Of a stretch of DNA of 64,000 nt, positions 38,076-48,403 are shown piece by piece (within the stretch, counting starts at the first letter, position 1; the number at the start of each line of letters is the position of its first letter). The notes beneath the pieces are model-generated. The model was not told the DNA's origin. It worked only from the letters and a program-made list of their open reading frames with translations, and made no database searches. Source of the stretch: a virus (taxonomy: Duplodnaviria > Heunggongvirae > Uroviricota > Caudoviricetes); the IMG/VR virus record IMGVR_UViG_3300048938_000061. One strand, written 5' to 3'. Both the position numbers and the translations under genes were made by a program.

Positions 38076-41000
38076 ATGCTAAATGACTCAACAGCTCGTC
38101 GTGTTGCCCTTCTCGAAATCAACCGCACTCTTATGGTTGAAGCTGGTGCTGGTTCGGGAAAAACATCACTCATGGCAGGGCGCATTATTTCAATGCTCGC
38201 CAATGGAATTCATCCTCGCGATATTGCAGCCGTATCATTTACGGAAATGGCGGCAGCTGAACTCATGGCCCGCGTCAGTGATACAATAGACGATGTATTA
38301 AAAGGAACGCCACCAGCCGACCTCCGTGCCTCTTACGAAGGCGGCAACGTCTCATCAGAAGGGCAAGCGAAGCTTCAGGAGGCCCAACATCACCTTGGTG
38401 AAATGACCTGCACCACTATTCACGGTTTCTGTAAGCGTCTCCTGAAGCCCTATCCGGTCGAGGCCGATATTGATCCTGGTGCCGCAATCCTAGATGCGAC
38501 GCAGGCATCTCTCCTTTTTGAGGACGTATTCAACGAATGGATTCGTGAGCGACTGAACAGCGAAGATTATCATAAAGATATCATTACCGAGATGGTCGCC
38601 GCCCATTCAGATACAAAGGAAGCTATCGAAACCATCCGTCGTCTCGCTGAACAGTTACGTGGTTCACCAGACCTATTCCTACATAAACAGGAATTCGATA
38701 TTTCTCCTGTGACTAAATTAATTAGCCAAATCGAAAGCTACGAAAAATGGATCGCGGGTCTTGGTTTTGAAGCCGAGGGCAATGAAGATATCCGCGCCGA
38801 TTTTGCTAAATTGCTAAATGATTTGAAGGCAACAAAAACCGTGAAAACGCATCAAGCGGTCATGGACATCATTCGTATGAAGCTTTCCAGTTCGGTTCTC
38901 AAAGCCGATGGCGGATTTCGCGTCTACAAGATGAAGGGAAAATGGCAGGTTGCTGCTCCTTCAAAAAAGGTCGGTGAAGATTGCAATACAGAGGCGACTG
39001 AACGCTATAATGAAATAGCAGAAGGTTACACCGCCATTAAAACAATGGCCGCGTCGGCAGCGCTTACGATCCTTGAAAGAGAAATTCGCCCAATGCTTAA
39101 TCGCTATCGCGAAAGAAAGCGGCAGGGCGCTGCTCTTGATTTTGAAGATTTGCTCGTCGCAACCCGCAAGCTTCTGCAAAATTATCCTGAGATCGCAAGT
39201 GCTCTCGGACAGCGGTATAAACATGTCCTCGTTGACGAATTCCAGGACACTGACCCTGTCCAGACAGAGATTTTCAAGCATCTTTGTTTCGACCGTGACA
39301 GCGACGGCGACTGGCTTCCACGTGATGGCGCGATCTTCCTTGTCGGTGATCCAAAACAGGGGATTTATCGTTTCCGTGGCGCTGACGTGAAGACATATCT
39401 GGATATGCGTAATCTTCTCGAAAAACATGACCCGACATCTATCTTGAAAATCTCTACAAATTTTCGGTCGAGCAAAGGCATTCTGGATTATGTCAATAAC
39501 GTATTCGATGTTCCTTTAAGCACACCTACACAGCCAGGATTTACCGCACTCGACCCTTTCCGTCAGGACACGACAAAACATCCTTCGGTTTCGACAATAA
39601 AGATTGGTGAATGGCCTAACATTGCCGAGACACGTGATGAGGAAGCGCGTCAAATTGCAGAAATGGCGCGTAAATTAATTAACACATTCCCTGTTTTTGA
39701 TAAGAGAATTGGGGCCACACGTCCGTGCAAACCATCCGACATTGCATTGCTCGCTCCAACAGGTTCTGATCTGTGGCGCTATGAGCACGCACTGGAAGAA
39801 GAAGGAATTTCAGTTGCTACTCAGGCGGGCAAGGGAATGTTTCAGCGGCAGGAAGTTCAAGACATGATCGCGATCACCCGCGTTCTTGCTGATCCTCGCG
39901 ACCATCTCGCTTTAGGTGCACTATTGCGTGGCCCTCTAGTCGGCATGTCGGAAAACGATCTTCTTGATGCTGCCTACAATCTTCCGAAACGCGAAGATGA
40001 AAGTCTTGCTCATTTACACATTGGTGTCGACACGGACCATATCAAAAATCCCGTTCTGAAGTCTGTTTTGAAACAACTCAACACGTTGCGTAACAACGGC
40101 AAATACACGACGCCTTATGACGTTCTTTCGAGCGCTGTAGACATGTTGAACATCAGAGCGACCGTTAAAGCTCGCCATGTGAAGTCACCTCATCGTGCGT
40201 TGGCCAATATAGACAGATACCTTGAAATGAGCCGTCCTTACACAACACGAGGATTAAGAGCCTTCTCTGATGAGGTCCGTTCCCTATGGGAAGAAGCTGA
40301 GCGTATTGCGGAAGCACATCCTGACGGAGAAGATCAGTCGGTCTCCATCATTACGATGCACTCATCTAAGGGGCTGGAATGGCCTGTGGTTTTCGTTATT
40401 AACACAATGACAGAAATTATGCGTTCGAGACCGCTGGTTGTTGATGTTAGTTCACGTCAAATATCGATGCCTTTCTTCGGAAGTCAGCCAACAGGATATA
40501 GCGAATTAAAACAGATTTCGGATGACGAATCTCACAATGAACGCGTGCGCTTACTTTACGTAGCAACGACGCGTGCCCGCGATCTTCTCGTTGTTCCTGT
40601 TCATGAAAAAGTAACGGAAAGGCAGTGGGCAACTGTAACTGACTTGAAGTTACAGGATATCCAGACAATGGATCTGGAAACTTTTTCCAGCAAGATGCGC
40701 ATACAGCGCGATGTCACCCTCAATAATCAGGATGAGAAGACTTTTTCTGAACAAACTAACTCAATTCTGTCTGCCAAGAAGCTCGTCGTAAATAAAACCC
40801 CTTCTCGCCACGAAAGCCACGCATCGAGCCTTCGGATTACTATCGATGATCTCATCGAAGCTGAACCAGTCAGCGACCCATCCGAATTCGTTCAAGGCAG
40901 CGCAGAACGCGGTATTGTGATGCATAAGCTGATGGAAGAAATCCTGACAGGAGAGTTGTCCGAGAACGAGGAAGATATTGAAAAGCGTGCGCGCGAGTTA

Positions 41001-41378
41001 ATCCAACAGATGATTGCTTCAAAAGAAGATGAGATCAAAGACATGGATGAACACATCATGACAAAGGAGATCATACAAACCCTCTCCTTGCCCCAAATCG
41101 TCATGATGCGTGATCGGCTTGTGCCAGAAGTTGCAACCTATTCCTCATTCGAAAACGACAAGTTTGAAGGCGTTACATTCGGCATTATGGATGCGGCCGA
41201 AATATCGGATAATGGAACCGTTGAAACCGTTATTGATTGGAAATCGGACAGAAGTCCCGCAGACGCAACAATTGAATTGTACCGCAAGCAAATTTCGGAC
41301 TATATGGCCATGAACGGGGTCAACCGGGGATTGATCGTTTTTATGGCAAGCGGAAAAGTTATAGAAGTAGCCGCATGA
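38076..41378 (+). CDS. addA: AddA-type ATP-dependent helicase/nuclease (UvrD/Rep superfamily 1)
   Basis: 'AGAGSGKTSLM' (Walker A), 'VLVDEFQDTDPVQ', 'MHSSKGLEWPVVFV', C-terminal 'IDWKSD' nuclease region. The start is placed at the ATG two nt after the addB stop; the ORF track over-extends to 37899. Confidence 0.85.
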   Translation: MLNDSTARRVALLEINRTLMVEAGAGSGKTSLMAGRIISMLANGIHPRDIAAVSFTEMAAAELMARVSDTIDDVLKGTPPADLRASYEGGNVSSEGQAKLQEAQHHLGEMTCTTIHGFCKRLLKPYPVEADIDPGAAILDATQASLLFEDVFNEWIRERLNSEDYHKDIITEMVAAHSDTKEAIETIRRLAEQLRGSPDLFLHKQEFDISPVTKLISQIESYEKWIAGLGFEAEGNEDIRADFAKLLNDLKATKTVKTHQAVMDIIRMKLSSSVLKADGGFRVYKMKGKWQVAAPSKKVGEDCNTEATERYNEIAEGYTAIKTMAASAALTILEREIRPMLNRYRERKRQGAALDFEDLLVATRKLLQNYPEIASALGQRYKHVLVDEFQDTDPVQTEIFKHLCFDRDSDGDWLPRDGAIFLVGDPKQGIYRFRGADVKTYLDMRNLLEKHDPTSILKISTNFRSSKGILDYVNNVFDVPLSTPTQPGFTALDPFRQDTTKHPSVSTIKIGEWPNIAETRDEEARQIAEMARKLINTFPVFDKRIGATRPCKPSDIALLAPTGSDLWRYEHALEEEGISVATQAGKGMFQRQEVQDMIAITRVLADPRDHLALGALLRGPLVGMSENDLLDAAYNLPKREDESLAHLHIGVDTDHIKNPVLKSVLKQLNTLRNNGKYTTPYDVLSSAVDMLNIRATVKARHVKSPHRALANIDRYLEMSRPYTTRGLRAFSDEVRSLWEEAERIAEAHPDGEDQSVSIITMHSSKGLEWPVVFVINTMTEIMRSRPLVVDVSSRQISMPFFGSQPTGYSELKQISDDESHNERVRLLYVATTRARDLLVVPVHEKVTERQWATVTDLKLQDIQTMDLETFSSKMRIQRDVTLNNQDEKTFSEQTNSILSAKKLVVNKTPSRHESHASSLRITIDDLIEAEPVSDPSEFVQGSAERGIVMHKLMEEILTGELSENEEDIEKRARELIQQMIASKEDEIKDMDEHIMTKEIIQTLSLPQIVMMRDRLVPEVATYSSFENDKFEGVTFGIMDAAEISDNGTVETVIDWKSDRSPADATIELYRKQISDYMAMNGVNRGLIVFMASGKVIEVAA

Positions 41379-41403
41379 TCGCGGCTACCGTCACTTTTGT
41401 GAG

Positions 41404-43008
41404 TTGGGGTCGTTGCGAATGAATACGAGAACACAGCAGATTTCTGATGAAGAAATAGATTCAATAGGCCAGATATTCGAAGACAGAATGAACGAGAACG
41501 TACGTTTTGTCGACAACATCAAGGTCGCTGAAGATGATTTTTCTGAACTTGATTACAAGACATCACGGCCGTCTGCATCATTCATTACTAGCATTGACTA
41601 CGATACCAAATTCTACATCGAAACTCACCCAGGTGCCTATAACGGCGTTAATTTTCCACTTCTTACTGCAAACGCTGCACAAGACTTACAACATATCAAG
41701 GCTGCCAATCTTCGGAACAGGTACGAAACGACAGCCGCAATCATAGAATTTGTAAAATCAGGATCGTCTAAACGTCAGATTGCCGACATGCATGTCGCAC
41801 GAAACCAGTACTCTTGCACGTCCTGCAATGGAATTGGAAATCACACATGCTCTAATTGTAGCGGATATGGGAGCAATACTTGCTACAAGTGCAGTTTCGG
41901 TACGGTTTCTTGTTTCCATTGCGGCGGGACAGGCCGTAGCAATCCATCACAAAGTCGCCATGTATCGCCGTGCGCATTATGTGTTGGGACAGGGCGCAGA
42001 ACCTGCTCCGATTGTAACGGTACCACAAAAATAAGATGCGGGAATTGCAAAGGTTCTGGAGATATTGGCTGTGGCACCTGCAAAAGCAGCGGTGTCTTAA
42101 CGGACTTCTATGGTCTCAGATACTCTTCTGAGTTCAAACACAATTTGGCGAATTCATCGTTTGAAGAGGATGAGCTTTACCCTCTTTATGATTGGATGCA
42201 CAGTGGATTTTCAAATCCCAATACAAGCAGCGCCACTGCTCCTTCATTAAATATGCAACGAATAATTACTGACGCGAAACCAGCGGTTGAACGTTCAAGA
42301 CACTTGCTGTCAATAAAAATTGACGCCATGAAAATGATCATTGAAGGCAGCTACAAACAAAAGAATATCCAAGCACGATATGTCATGTTTGATAAACCGT
42401 GGGTCTGGTACAATCCATACCTCGATGAGGACGTCGCTAGAATAGCCGAAAGAGCATCCAAATTTTCAACATCTTTGCCATCAGATTTTCTTCTCGAAAT
42501 GGCCAAACACCCTGCACTCAATGAAGCCTTGAGAAATGGATGGTCTCGTGAGGATGTTGATGGTGAAGAATGGGCGGAGAAAGTACATCAGAACAGCCTT
42601 GGCTCAATAAGCAAGGAAGTTGCAAGGCCAATATTCATTGCGTTTCGGCAGTGTATGGAAAACTATGAGAAAACGGTCATCAAGAAGACATTCAAACTGC
42701 CACTTCTTGCAACCTTACTGCTCTGGTTAGGGACGCAGTACATGAACCTTCCGTGGAGTATCTCTTATGGTGGCTTAGGAAACATACTTATCGTACTCTA
42801 TGTACTCGCCCCCTATTTCATCACCAACAAGATGATCCAATCGAGCGTTAAAAGGCGCGTGCGCAAAGAAACAGGCGCTGATCAGCAACCGAAGCTGGGT
42901 ATTGCCGGACGCATAGTGCCCATCATCAGCTCTGCGCTTTTCGCAGCCACTTGGTATTTCGGATTTCAGCTGTCGAATATCGTGATCGCTGGACGTCCAT
43001 TATTCTGA
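41404..43008 (+). CDS. membrane-anchored protein with two DnaJ-type CR zinc-finger domains (8x CxxCxGxG-like)
   Basis: 'CTSCNGIG..CSNCSGYG..CYKCSFG..CFHCGGTG' and 'CALCVGTG..CSDCNGTT..CGNCKGSG..CGTCKSSG'. Three C-terminal TM helices. Confidence 0.7.
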   Translation: MGSLRMNTRTQQISDEEIDSIGQIFEDRMNENVRFVDNIKVAEDDFSELDYKTSRPSASFITSIDYDTKFYIETHPGAYNGVNFPLLTANAAQDLQHIKAANLRNRYETTAAIIEFVKSGSSKRQIADMHVARNQYSCTSCNGIGNHTCSNCSGYGSNTCYKCSFGTVSCFHCGGTGRSNPSQSRHVSPCALCVGTGRRTCSDCNGTTKIRCGNCKGSGDIGCGTCKSSGVLTDFYGLRYSSEFKHNLANSSFEEDELYPLYDWMHSGFSNPNTSSATAPSLNMQRIITDAKPAVERSRHLLSIKIDAMKMIIEGSYKQKNIQARYVMFDKPWVWYNPYLDEDVARIAERASKFSTSLPSDFLLEMAKHPALNEALRNGWSREDVDGEEWAEKVHQNSLGSISKEVARPIFIAFRQCMENYEKTVIKKTFKLPLLATLLLWLGTQYMNLPWSISYGGLGNILIVLYVLAPYFITNKMIQSSVKRRVRKETGADQQPKLGIAGRIVPIISSALFAATWYFGFQLSNIVIAGRPLF

Positions 43009-43043
43009 AAACTCGCTTGGGCCTAAGACGCCGTCTACTTCTG

Positions 43044-43682
43044 TCAGGCGGCGTCCTTTTGTCGGATCGAGAAATTCAACGTATTCATGTCGTATCCGCT
43101 CTGGATCAACGCCTCAAGCAGCGTTTCTGAAGGCTCCTTCGGCCCAAGCATACGCTGAATCTCCACATGACCATAACCCAAACGCCCCCACTCTTTCTCC
43201 AATCGCTCACGGCCCGGATTGTTTGCGTCCCATTCTTCGAATGCATTGCTCAAGACGCGCGCGTCGGATTGATTAGCTCCTGATCCACCCCAGGAATAGC
43301 AAAGTTGCTTTGTATATTTATCTTCTGGAGGACAACCCCAATATACCCGAAGCGCTCCTGGTTTAGCTTTCTTCAATGAGAAACGCTTGGGAAGCTTTTC
43401 TGGAGTATCTTCAACGGGTTTTAGCGCAACCGAAAACTTCAAAGTTGTTATATCGTATCCACGCTCTTTGAGAATGGAGACAAGATTTGGCTCCCTCATA
43501 CTGTCCTCGAAAATAGACATCAACATATTAACGTCACGTCCACTCGTTCCATCTCCACCGTGGGCGTAGACAAGGCTTGGATAACTGAAGAAATCAAGTT
43601 TACCCCAGGCAATTTTGAGAGCGCGGGGCTTCGCATCGATCTGATAAATACGACGACGTTTAATTATATTAGTATCAGACAT
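43044..43682 (-). CDS. hypothetical protein built of two internal about 100-aa repeats (212 aa)
   Basis: 'KIAWGKLDFFSYPSLVYAHGGDGTSGRDVNMLMSIFED' versus 'RVYWGCPPEDKYTKQLCYSWGGSGANQSDARVLSNAFEE'. Confidence 0.55.
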   Translation of the reverse strand: MSDTNIIKRRRIYQIDAKPRALKIAWGKLDFFSYPSLVYAHGGDGTSGRDVNMLMSIFEDSMREPNLVSILKERGYDITTLKFSVALKPVEDTPEKLPKRFSLKKAKPGALRVYWGCPPEDKYTKQLCYSWGGSGANQSDARVLSNAFEEWDANNPGRERLEKEWGRLGYGHVEIQRMLGPKEPSETLLEALIQSGYDMNTLNFSIRQKDAA

Positions 43683-43938
43683 TTTCTACCCCGTAGACGA
43701 AATGGTTCACAAACTAAATAAGGATTAATTCATCATGGTAATATTAATTCTATTAATCAGGAAGCAGAAATTTTTTATGCATTTACGTGGCATTTTACAA
43801 AGGAAGGAGTGCAGATGAGATTTATTGCTAAAATATCCTCCAGAACGAAACGTCGTTTCCACCTTGTCGGCCAGGTGTAAACAGATACAGCAAATTAACA
43901 CGATGATAAATGTCTGATAATCCAACGTTTTAAAAAAA

Positions 43939-44901
43939 TCAAAGACATCTATAAATTGGAGTATTCACTGCATCAAGTTTATTTACCCATGTCAGATGCT
44001 CATCGAAAAGCTGGTCTTCACCACGCCACGTATATGCTGCCAGCACACCGTCCTTCGCTATCGAGAAATCGAGGCAAGCCATCTTCGGCGAGAGCAAATA
44101 GGGCGTTCCGCTCATCCAATAGTGACCGAAGAACGTCAGCTTGTTCGATGCCGCAATCTTCAGATGATCTGGGAGTGAAAGCTCAGGCAGGTTCTCTAAA
44201 CCTTCTTCCGGCATGACAGCACTGCGATAATCAGTGGCGTCATCCTTCCACCATTGCAAGCGTGATTTTGTTCTAACGACACCACCCTTGTCGGTAAAAG
44301 AAAAACCGTCAGGAAGTTCGATCTCCAACCCCTTGGTGACAACCTCAATTGGATCATAAAGGGCATGCCCCTTTTCGAAACTTGCTAGAAGATCGTCACG
44401 ATTCATTGACCCATCATCGTTCATATGAGCTTTTAACGCGTTAAGAGAACTCGGATGCCAACATGCATGAGCCGCTCTGAAATCATCCGTTTCAAAAGCG
44501 ACAGCCAACGTCGAAAAGAATTCAACCAACTCTTTATGGAGATTTGAATCTTCACCAACAGCTTCGATGAAGGCTTTATGTTGATGACGGTTTTTGGGCC
44601 CACGTAGTCGTAAATGTCGGCCGGACTTACTGTCGGGAACTGGTGTTGCATAACCGATTGCGTTGAGTTCGTGATTGCCCATCAAAACATGAGCTGCGCC
44701 AGCATCACGCATTCTCCGAGGGATGTCTATGGAACGAAGTTGGTCAGGACCGCGATCAATCAGATCACCCAGAAAGATAGCCATCCTGTTGGGATTTGAA
44801 TGGCGATAGGTCCCGGCCCTGTTTACGTAACCAAGCTTTTCCAGAAGAGATTCAAGTGCATCAGCGTGACCGTGAATATCTCCAATAAAATCGTATTCCA
44901 T
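43939..44901 (-). CDS. PPP-family metallophosphatase (ApaH/PrpA-like)
   Basis: 'GDIHGH' (GDxHG), 'LGDLIDRGP' (GDxxDRG), 'GNHE'. Confidence 0.85.
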   Translation of the reverse strand: MEYDFIGDIHGHADALESLLEKLGYVNRAGTYRHSNPNRMAIFLGDLIDRGPDQLRSIDIPRRMRDAGAAHVLMGNHELNAIGYATPVPDSKSGRHLRLRGPKNRHQHKAFIEAVGEDSNLHKELVEFFSTLAVAFETDDFRAAHACWHPSSLNALKAHMNDDGSMNRDDLLASFEKGHALYDPIEVVTKGLEIELPDGFSFTDKGGVVRTKSRLQWWKDDATDYRSAVMPEEGLENLPELSLPDHLKIAASNKLTFFGHYWMSGTPYLLSPKMACLDFSIAKDGVLAAYTWRGEDQLFDEHLTWVNKLDAVNTPIYRCL

Positions 44902-45151
44902 AAGACCTGCTACTGAAATTTAGATAAATCAATTAGACAGCAATCTCTCGTAAACAGCAACTCTCAACTGTCAGAATTTCTCATATCATCCAATTCTTTT
45001 TCTATTCCAGAAAGCTCTTTACTTAATTCCGCCAGTTTAATGCCTTCAGGATCGATTGATGGATATGACTTAATCGTCTCAATGTCTTGAAAAACTTCGG
45101 TTTGTCTATCGACTAGATAATCGAATCTGGTGTACGCCATCACAGGAATCC

Positions 45152-45616
45152 TTACCGAGGACGAATGCCAATCAAAGCCGTAGCTTCTTCCCGGTCAATA
45201 AAAATCGAATGATTGATCGTCGTCTCCCCACCGAATTTGAAGTAATGACTTTCGAATCTATATCCTTCTACACCATCACAACGGCATTCATATCCCTGAT
45301 CTTTCATAGAATTCATGAACAATTCTGCTTCATCTGTGGTTGTAGAAACCTGGATCATCAGTTTCATATCCTCACCTGGAGACGGCTCTGGACGGACACG
45401 AATAATTGCTCCAGCTTCCTCAAGTCCAAGTAGGACTTCATAGCTCTCCAGCGGAGTGGGTCCGCTTTTCTGCATAAATCGTTCAATATTGAATTCCGGC
45501 CGTAAGGGATCATTGTCCCCTTTTTTCGCCGTGTAATTCGGAAAACCAGACCTTGCCATGTTCTGAATGAATCGTAGTCCTTGATCACGACTAACCTTGA
45601 TTTCGATAAAATCCAT
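45152..45616 (-). CDS. hypothetical protein (about 154 aa)
   Basis: ORF downstream of serS. Start chosen at the internal Met, to avoid a 29-nt overlap with serS. Confidence 0.45.
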   Translation of the reverse strand: MDFIEIKVSRDQGLRFIQNMARSGFPNYTAKKGDNDPLRPEFNIERFMQKSGPTPLESYEVLLGLEEAGAIIRVRPEPSPGEDMKLMIQVSTTTDEAELFMNSMKDQGYECRCDGVEGYRFESHYFKFGGETTINHSIFIDREEATALIGIRPR

Positions 45617-45683
45617 CTTCTGCCCCTTGTTCACTGATACGGGAGACGTCCCAGTGACACCTCCCTCGAATTCAAAACCCAAA

Positions 45684-46976
45684 TTAATTAGGCTGGATAG
45701 TCTCAAGCCCACCCATATACGAACGTAACGAGGTCGGAACCGTGATGGTGCCGTCTTCGTTCTGATAATTCTCCATGATCGCGATCAGGAGACGCCCGAC
45801 AGCGACCCCGGAACCATTGAGCGTATGAACGAATTGTGTACCCTTCTGGCCCCTTACCTTGTGACGGGCATTCATGCGACGGGCCTGGAAGTCACCGCAA
45901 TACGAGCAGCTTGAAATCTCACGGTAGGTCTTCTGGCCTGGTACCCAGACTTCGATGTCGTAGGTTTTGCGAGCGCTAAAGCCCATATCGCCGCCGCAGA
46001 GTAGCATTACGCGGTACGGAAGCTCGAAAGCCTGCAGGATAGCCTCAGCAGCGCCTAGCATGCGCTCCAGTTCCACTTCGCCGTCCTCTTCCTTCACAAT
46101 CGATACCAGCTCGACCTTATTGAACTGATGCTGCCGTAGAATACCTCGGACGTCACGGCCAGCCGATCCTGCTTCCGAACGGAAACATGGCGTAAGCGCA
46201 GTAAACCGTAGCGGCAAGCTTTCCGTCTCCACGATCTGATCGGAAACCAGATTGGTAAGCGAGACCTCAGCTGTTGGGATCAGGTAACGGCCATCCGTCG
46301 TTTTAAAGAGATCTTCTTCAAATTTGGGAAGCTGTCCTGTGCCGAACATTGCGGTTTCGCGAACCAGCAGAGGCACCTGACATTCCTCGTAACCGTGCTT
46401 GCTTGCCATATCTAGCATAAACTGACCAAGCGCACGTTCCAGCTTAGCAATACCTCCACGAAGAACAACAAAGCGGGAACCCGAGATGCGACCAGCGCTC
46501 TCGAAATCTAGACCGCCAAGTTCTTCACCAAGCTCAAAATGCTGTTTTGGCAAAAAACCCATTTCAGGGATCAATCCAACCGTCCGTACAAGAACATTGT
46601 CTTTCTCATCAACGCCAGCAGGTACACTATCGAGTGGCAAGTTAGGGAAAGTGGCAAGTCGATCAATCAGAGCGTCACCAACCGCTTTCGCTTTAACTTC
46701 CAGCGAGGAGATGGCTTCCTTCAAGGTTGCCACATCTTGCTTAAGAGCATCGCCGGAAGCCTTGTCACCTGCTTTATAAAAGGCTCCAATTTTCGATGAA
46801 AGAACCTTTACCTCATGATTTTTGGTTTCAATTTCCGAATTCGATTCATTGACGATATCACGGGAATCGCGAACAAATCCAAAAATGAACAGCGCCTCAT
46901 CACGCGTATAACCACGCTTCTCAAGGCCTGCAATAAATGCTTCCTCATTATCAATAATTGTTTTTGCGTTATGCAT
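45684..46976 (-). CDS. serS: seryl-tRNA synthetase
   Basis: N-terminal coiled-coil arm. Motif 2 'FRSEAGSAGRDVRGILRQHQF'. Motif 3 'GSGVAVGRLLIAIMENYQ'. 430 aa. Confidence 0.95.
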   Translation of the reverse strand: MHNAKTIIDNEEAFIAGLEKRGYTRDEALFIFGFVRDSRDIVNESNSEIETKNHEVKVLSSKIGAFYKAGDKASGDALKQDVATLKEAISSLEVKAKAVGDALIDRLATFPNLPLDSVPAGVDEKDNVLVRTVGLIPEMGFLPKQHFELGEELGGLDFESAGRISGSRFVVLRGGIAKLERALGQFMLDMASKHGYEECQVPLLVRETAMFGTGQLPKFEEDLFKTTDGRYLIPTAEVSLTNLVSDQIVETESLPLRFTALTPCFRSEAGSAGRDVRGILRQHQFNKVELVSIVKEEDGEVELERMLGAAEAILQAFELPYRVMLLCGGDMGFSARKTYDIEVWVPGQKTYREISSCSYCGDFQARRMNARHKVRGQKGTQFVHTLNGSGVAVGRLLIAIMENYQNEDGTITVPTSLRSYMGGLETIQPN

Positions 46977-47022
46977 TGTCTTATTCCGTTTTCGATTTCC
47001 TAAGTTCGCGTCAAATGGATAA

Positions 47023-47565
47023 TTAAATAGACACGTCTCTCGTCTTTTTAAGAGATTTGGAAATCATAGATCGAAGCTGGTCACGATAAAGACCATCGTC
47101 TTTTTTCTTTGGCTTGAAATAGCCCCAGTTGTCAAGAAATCCGAGAAATTGCTGATGCTGCTCATGCGACAGCTTTAGAATTTCCCCCATAAAGCTATGC
47201 ATGACAACAACACGAGGGTCGCCCTCTGGAGAAACAGTGATTGTCATCGATGAGCTAGTGTTTTCATCAATTGTATCAACAAGTGAACCGACAAACTCCG
47301 GACGATCATGGTTCTTTGCAAACCAAGGAAGTAATTCGCCGCAATCGATAATCGGAACATATTGAACAGCGCCATCACTTTCATCAACACGCGTGATAAT
47401 GCCTTGGCTTACTAGAATATCCAGCGCAATTTGTGCGCGCTTGGAAGGACGCACGGCCTTCATGCCAAATCGAAGTGTGCCTTTATTGGGCTCAAGCATA
47501 CCAAACCAAGCCGCACAAATTGCCTTAACTTCATCAGTTAGATTTTCAAACTTTTCAATGCTCAT
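47023..47565 (-). CDS. hypothetical protein (180 aa), last gene of the candidate operon
   Basis: Long ORF 95 nt downstream of the previous gene. No motif recognised. Confidence 0.55.
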   Translation of the reverse strand: MSIEKFENLTDEVKAICAAWFGMLEPNKGTLRFGMKAVRPSKRAQIALDILVSQGIITRVDESDGAVQYVPIIDCGELLPWFAKNHDRPEFVGSLVDTIDENTSSSMTITVSPEGDPRVVVMHSFMGEILKLSHEQHQQFLGFLDNWGYFKPKKKDDGLYRDQLRSMISKSLKKTRDVSI

Positions 47566-47660
47566 ATCTAAAATCCTCTTCGCGGGGATTTAAACACCAT
47601 TGCGCTTAAAACATCAACTGAAAATGTCATTATTTATTCGGAATTATTAAGTACGCATTT

Positions 47661-48203
47661 TTAATTATGGTAATTCGTATTTTCCTCAGCGGATAAAGTC
47701 TGGTATTTGGGGATAATTATGCCAAGGGAGACAACAGAGCCACTTAAAAAACCACCGAGTTCGACATTAATTCCATTATCGCCACGATAAATAGCAGCAG
47801 CCAATCGATGATGGCCATCAAATAAACTAATTGGCAAATAATCACTGCCATTCAATTCAATTCCAATTGGCTCATCGAAACCATAATGCACAAGGAATGC
47901 AATCCGGGCTTCATGTTTGGCAGCGCCCCATGATCTTTCATGAATGGCAAATTGTGCTGAATATGGTTCGGCTTCGAAACGCAAGGCTTCAATGGCAACC
48001 TTCACTCCATTCATCGTCACGCCTTTGCCATCGTGCCAAGGTGAGTTTTCAAATGGGTTAAACTCAGCTAGACGATCAAGAGGAAGGCTACCAATCAGCC
48101 TATCTTCACTATCAGGATGAAATTCAATGAGATTTTCAACACCGCCCCAACGTTCGGCATCTTCTAACGGAATAGTTTCGACCAAATTTTCATCCATCAC
48201 CAA
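47661..48203 (-). CDS. ParB/sulfiredoxin-fold-like protein (180 aa) - tentative
   Basis: 'SLFDGHHRLAAAIYRG' resembles the ParB/Srx DGxHR nucleotide-binding/nuclease motif. Overlaps the upstream micro-ORF by 7 nt. Confidence 0.5.
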   Translation of the reverse strand: MVMDENLVETIPLEDAERWGGVENLIEFHPDSEDRLIGSLPLDRLAEFNPFENSPWHDGKGVTMNGVKVAIEALRFEAEPYSAQFAIHERSWGAAKHEARIAFLVHYGFDEPIGIELNGSDYLPISLFDGHHRLAAAIYRGDNGINVELGGFLSGSVVSLGIIIPKYQTLSAEENTNYHN

Positions 48204-48403
48204 GCCTCAATAATAGCGAACGGGTTTACCGTAGCCCAAACAAGACCATCATACTCGACCAGATGGTGTTCTCCAAACTGATCCAGAACATTAAAGACGC
48301 CTGGTTCCGCATAAGGTTGCGTTTCGCCGACGAACTGGACCTTGCGCCCAAGATCGTCATCCATAACCGACATTTCGATGTCGTCACCAAGCTTGGGCTT
48401 CAT
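48197..48403 (-). CDS. micro-protein (68 aa), translationally coupled
   Basis: Internal Met 'MKPKLGDD...' preceded by 'GGAAGGAAAAGCAA'. The ORF-track 124-aa version would overlap the upstream gene by 188 nt. Confidence 0.45.
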   Translation of the reverse strand: MKPKLGDDIEMSVMDDDLGRKVQFVGETQPYAEPGVFNVLDQFGEHHLVEYDGLVWATVNPFAIIEAW

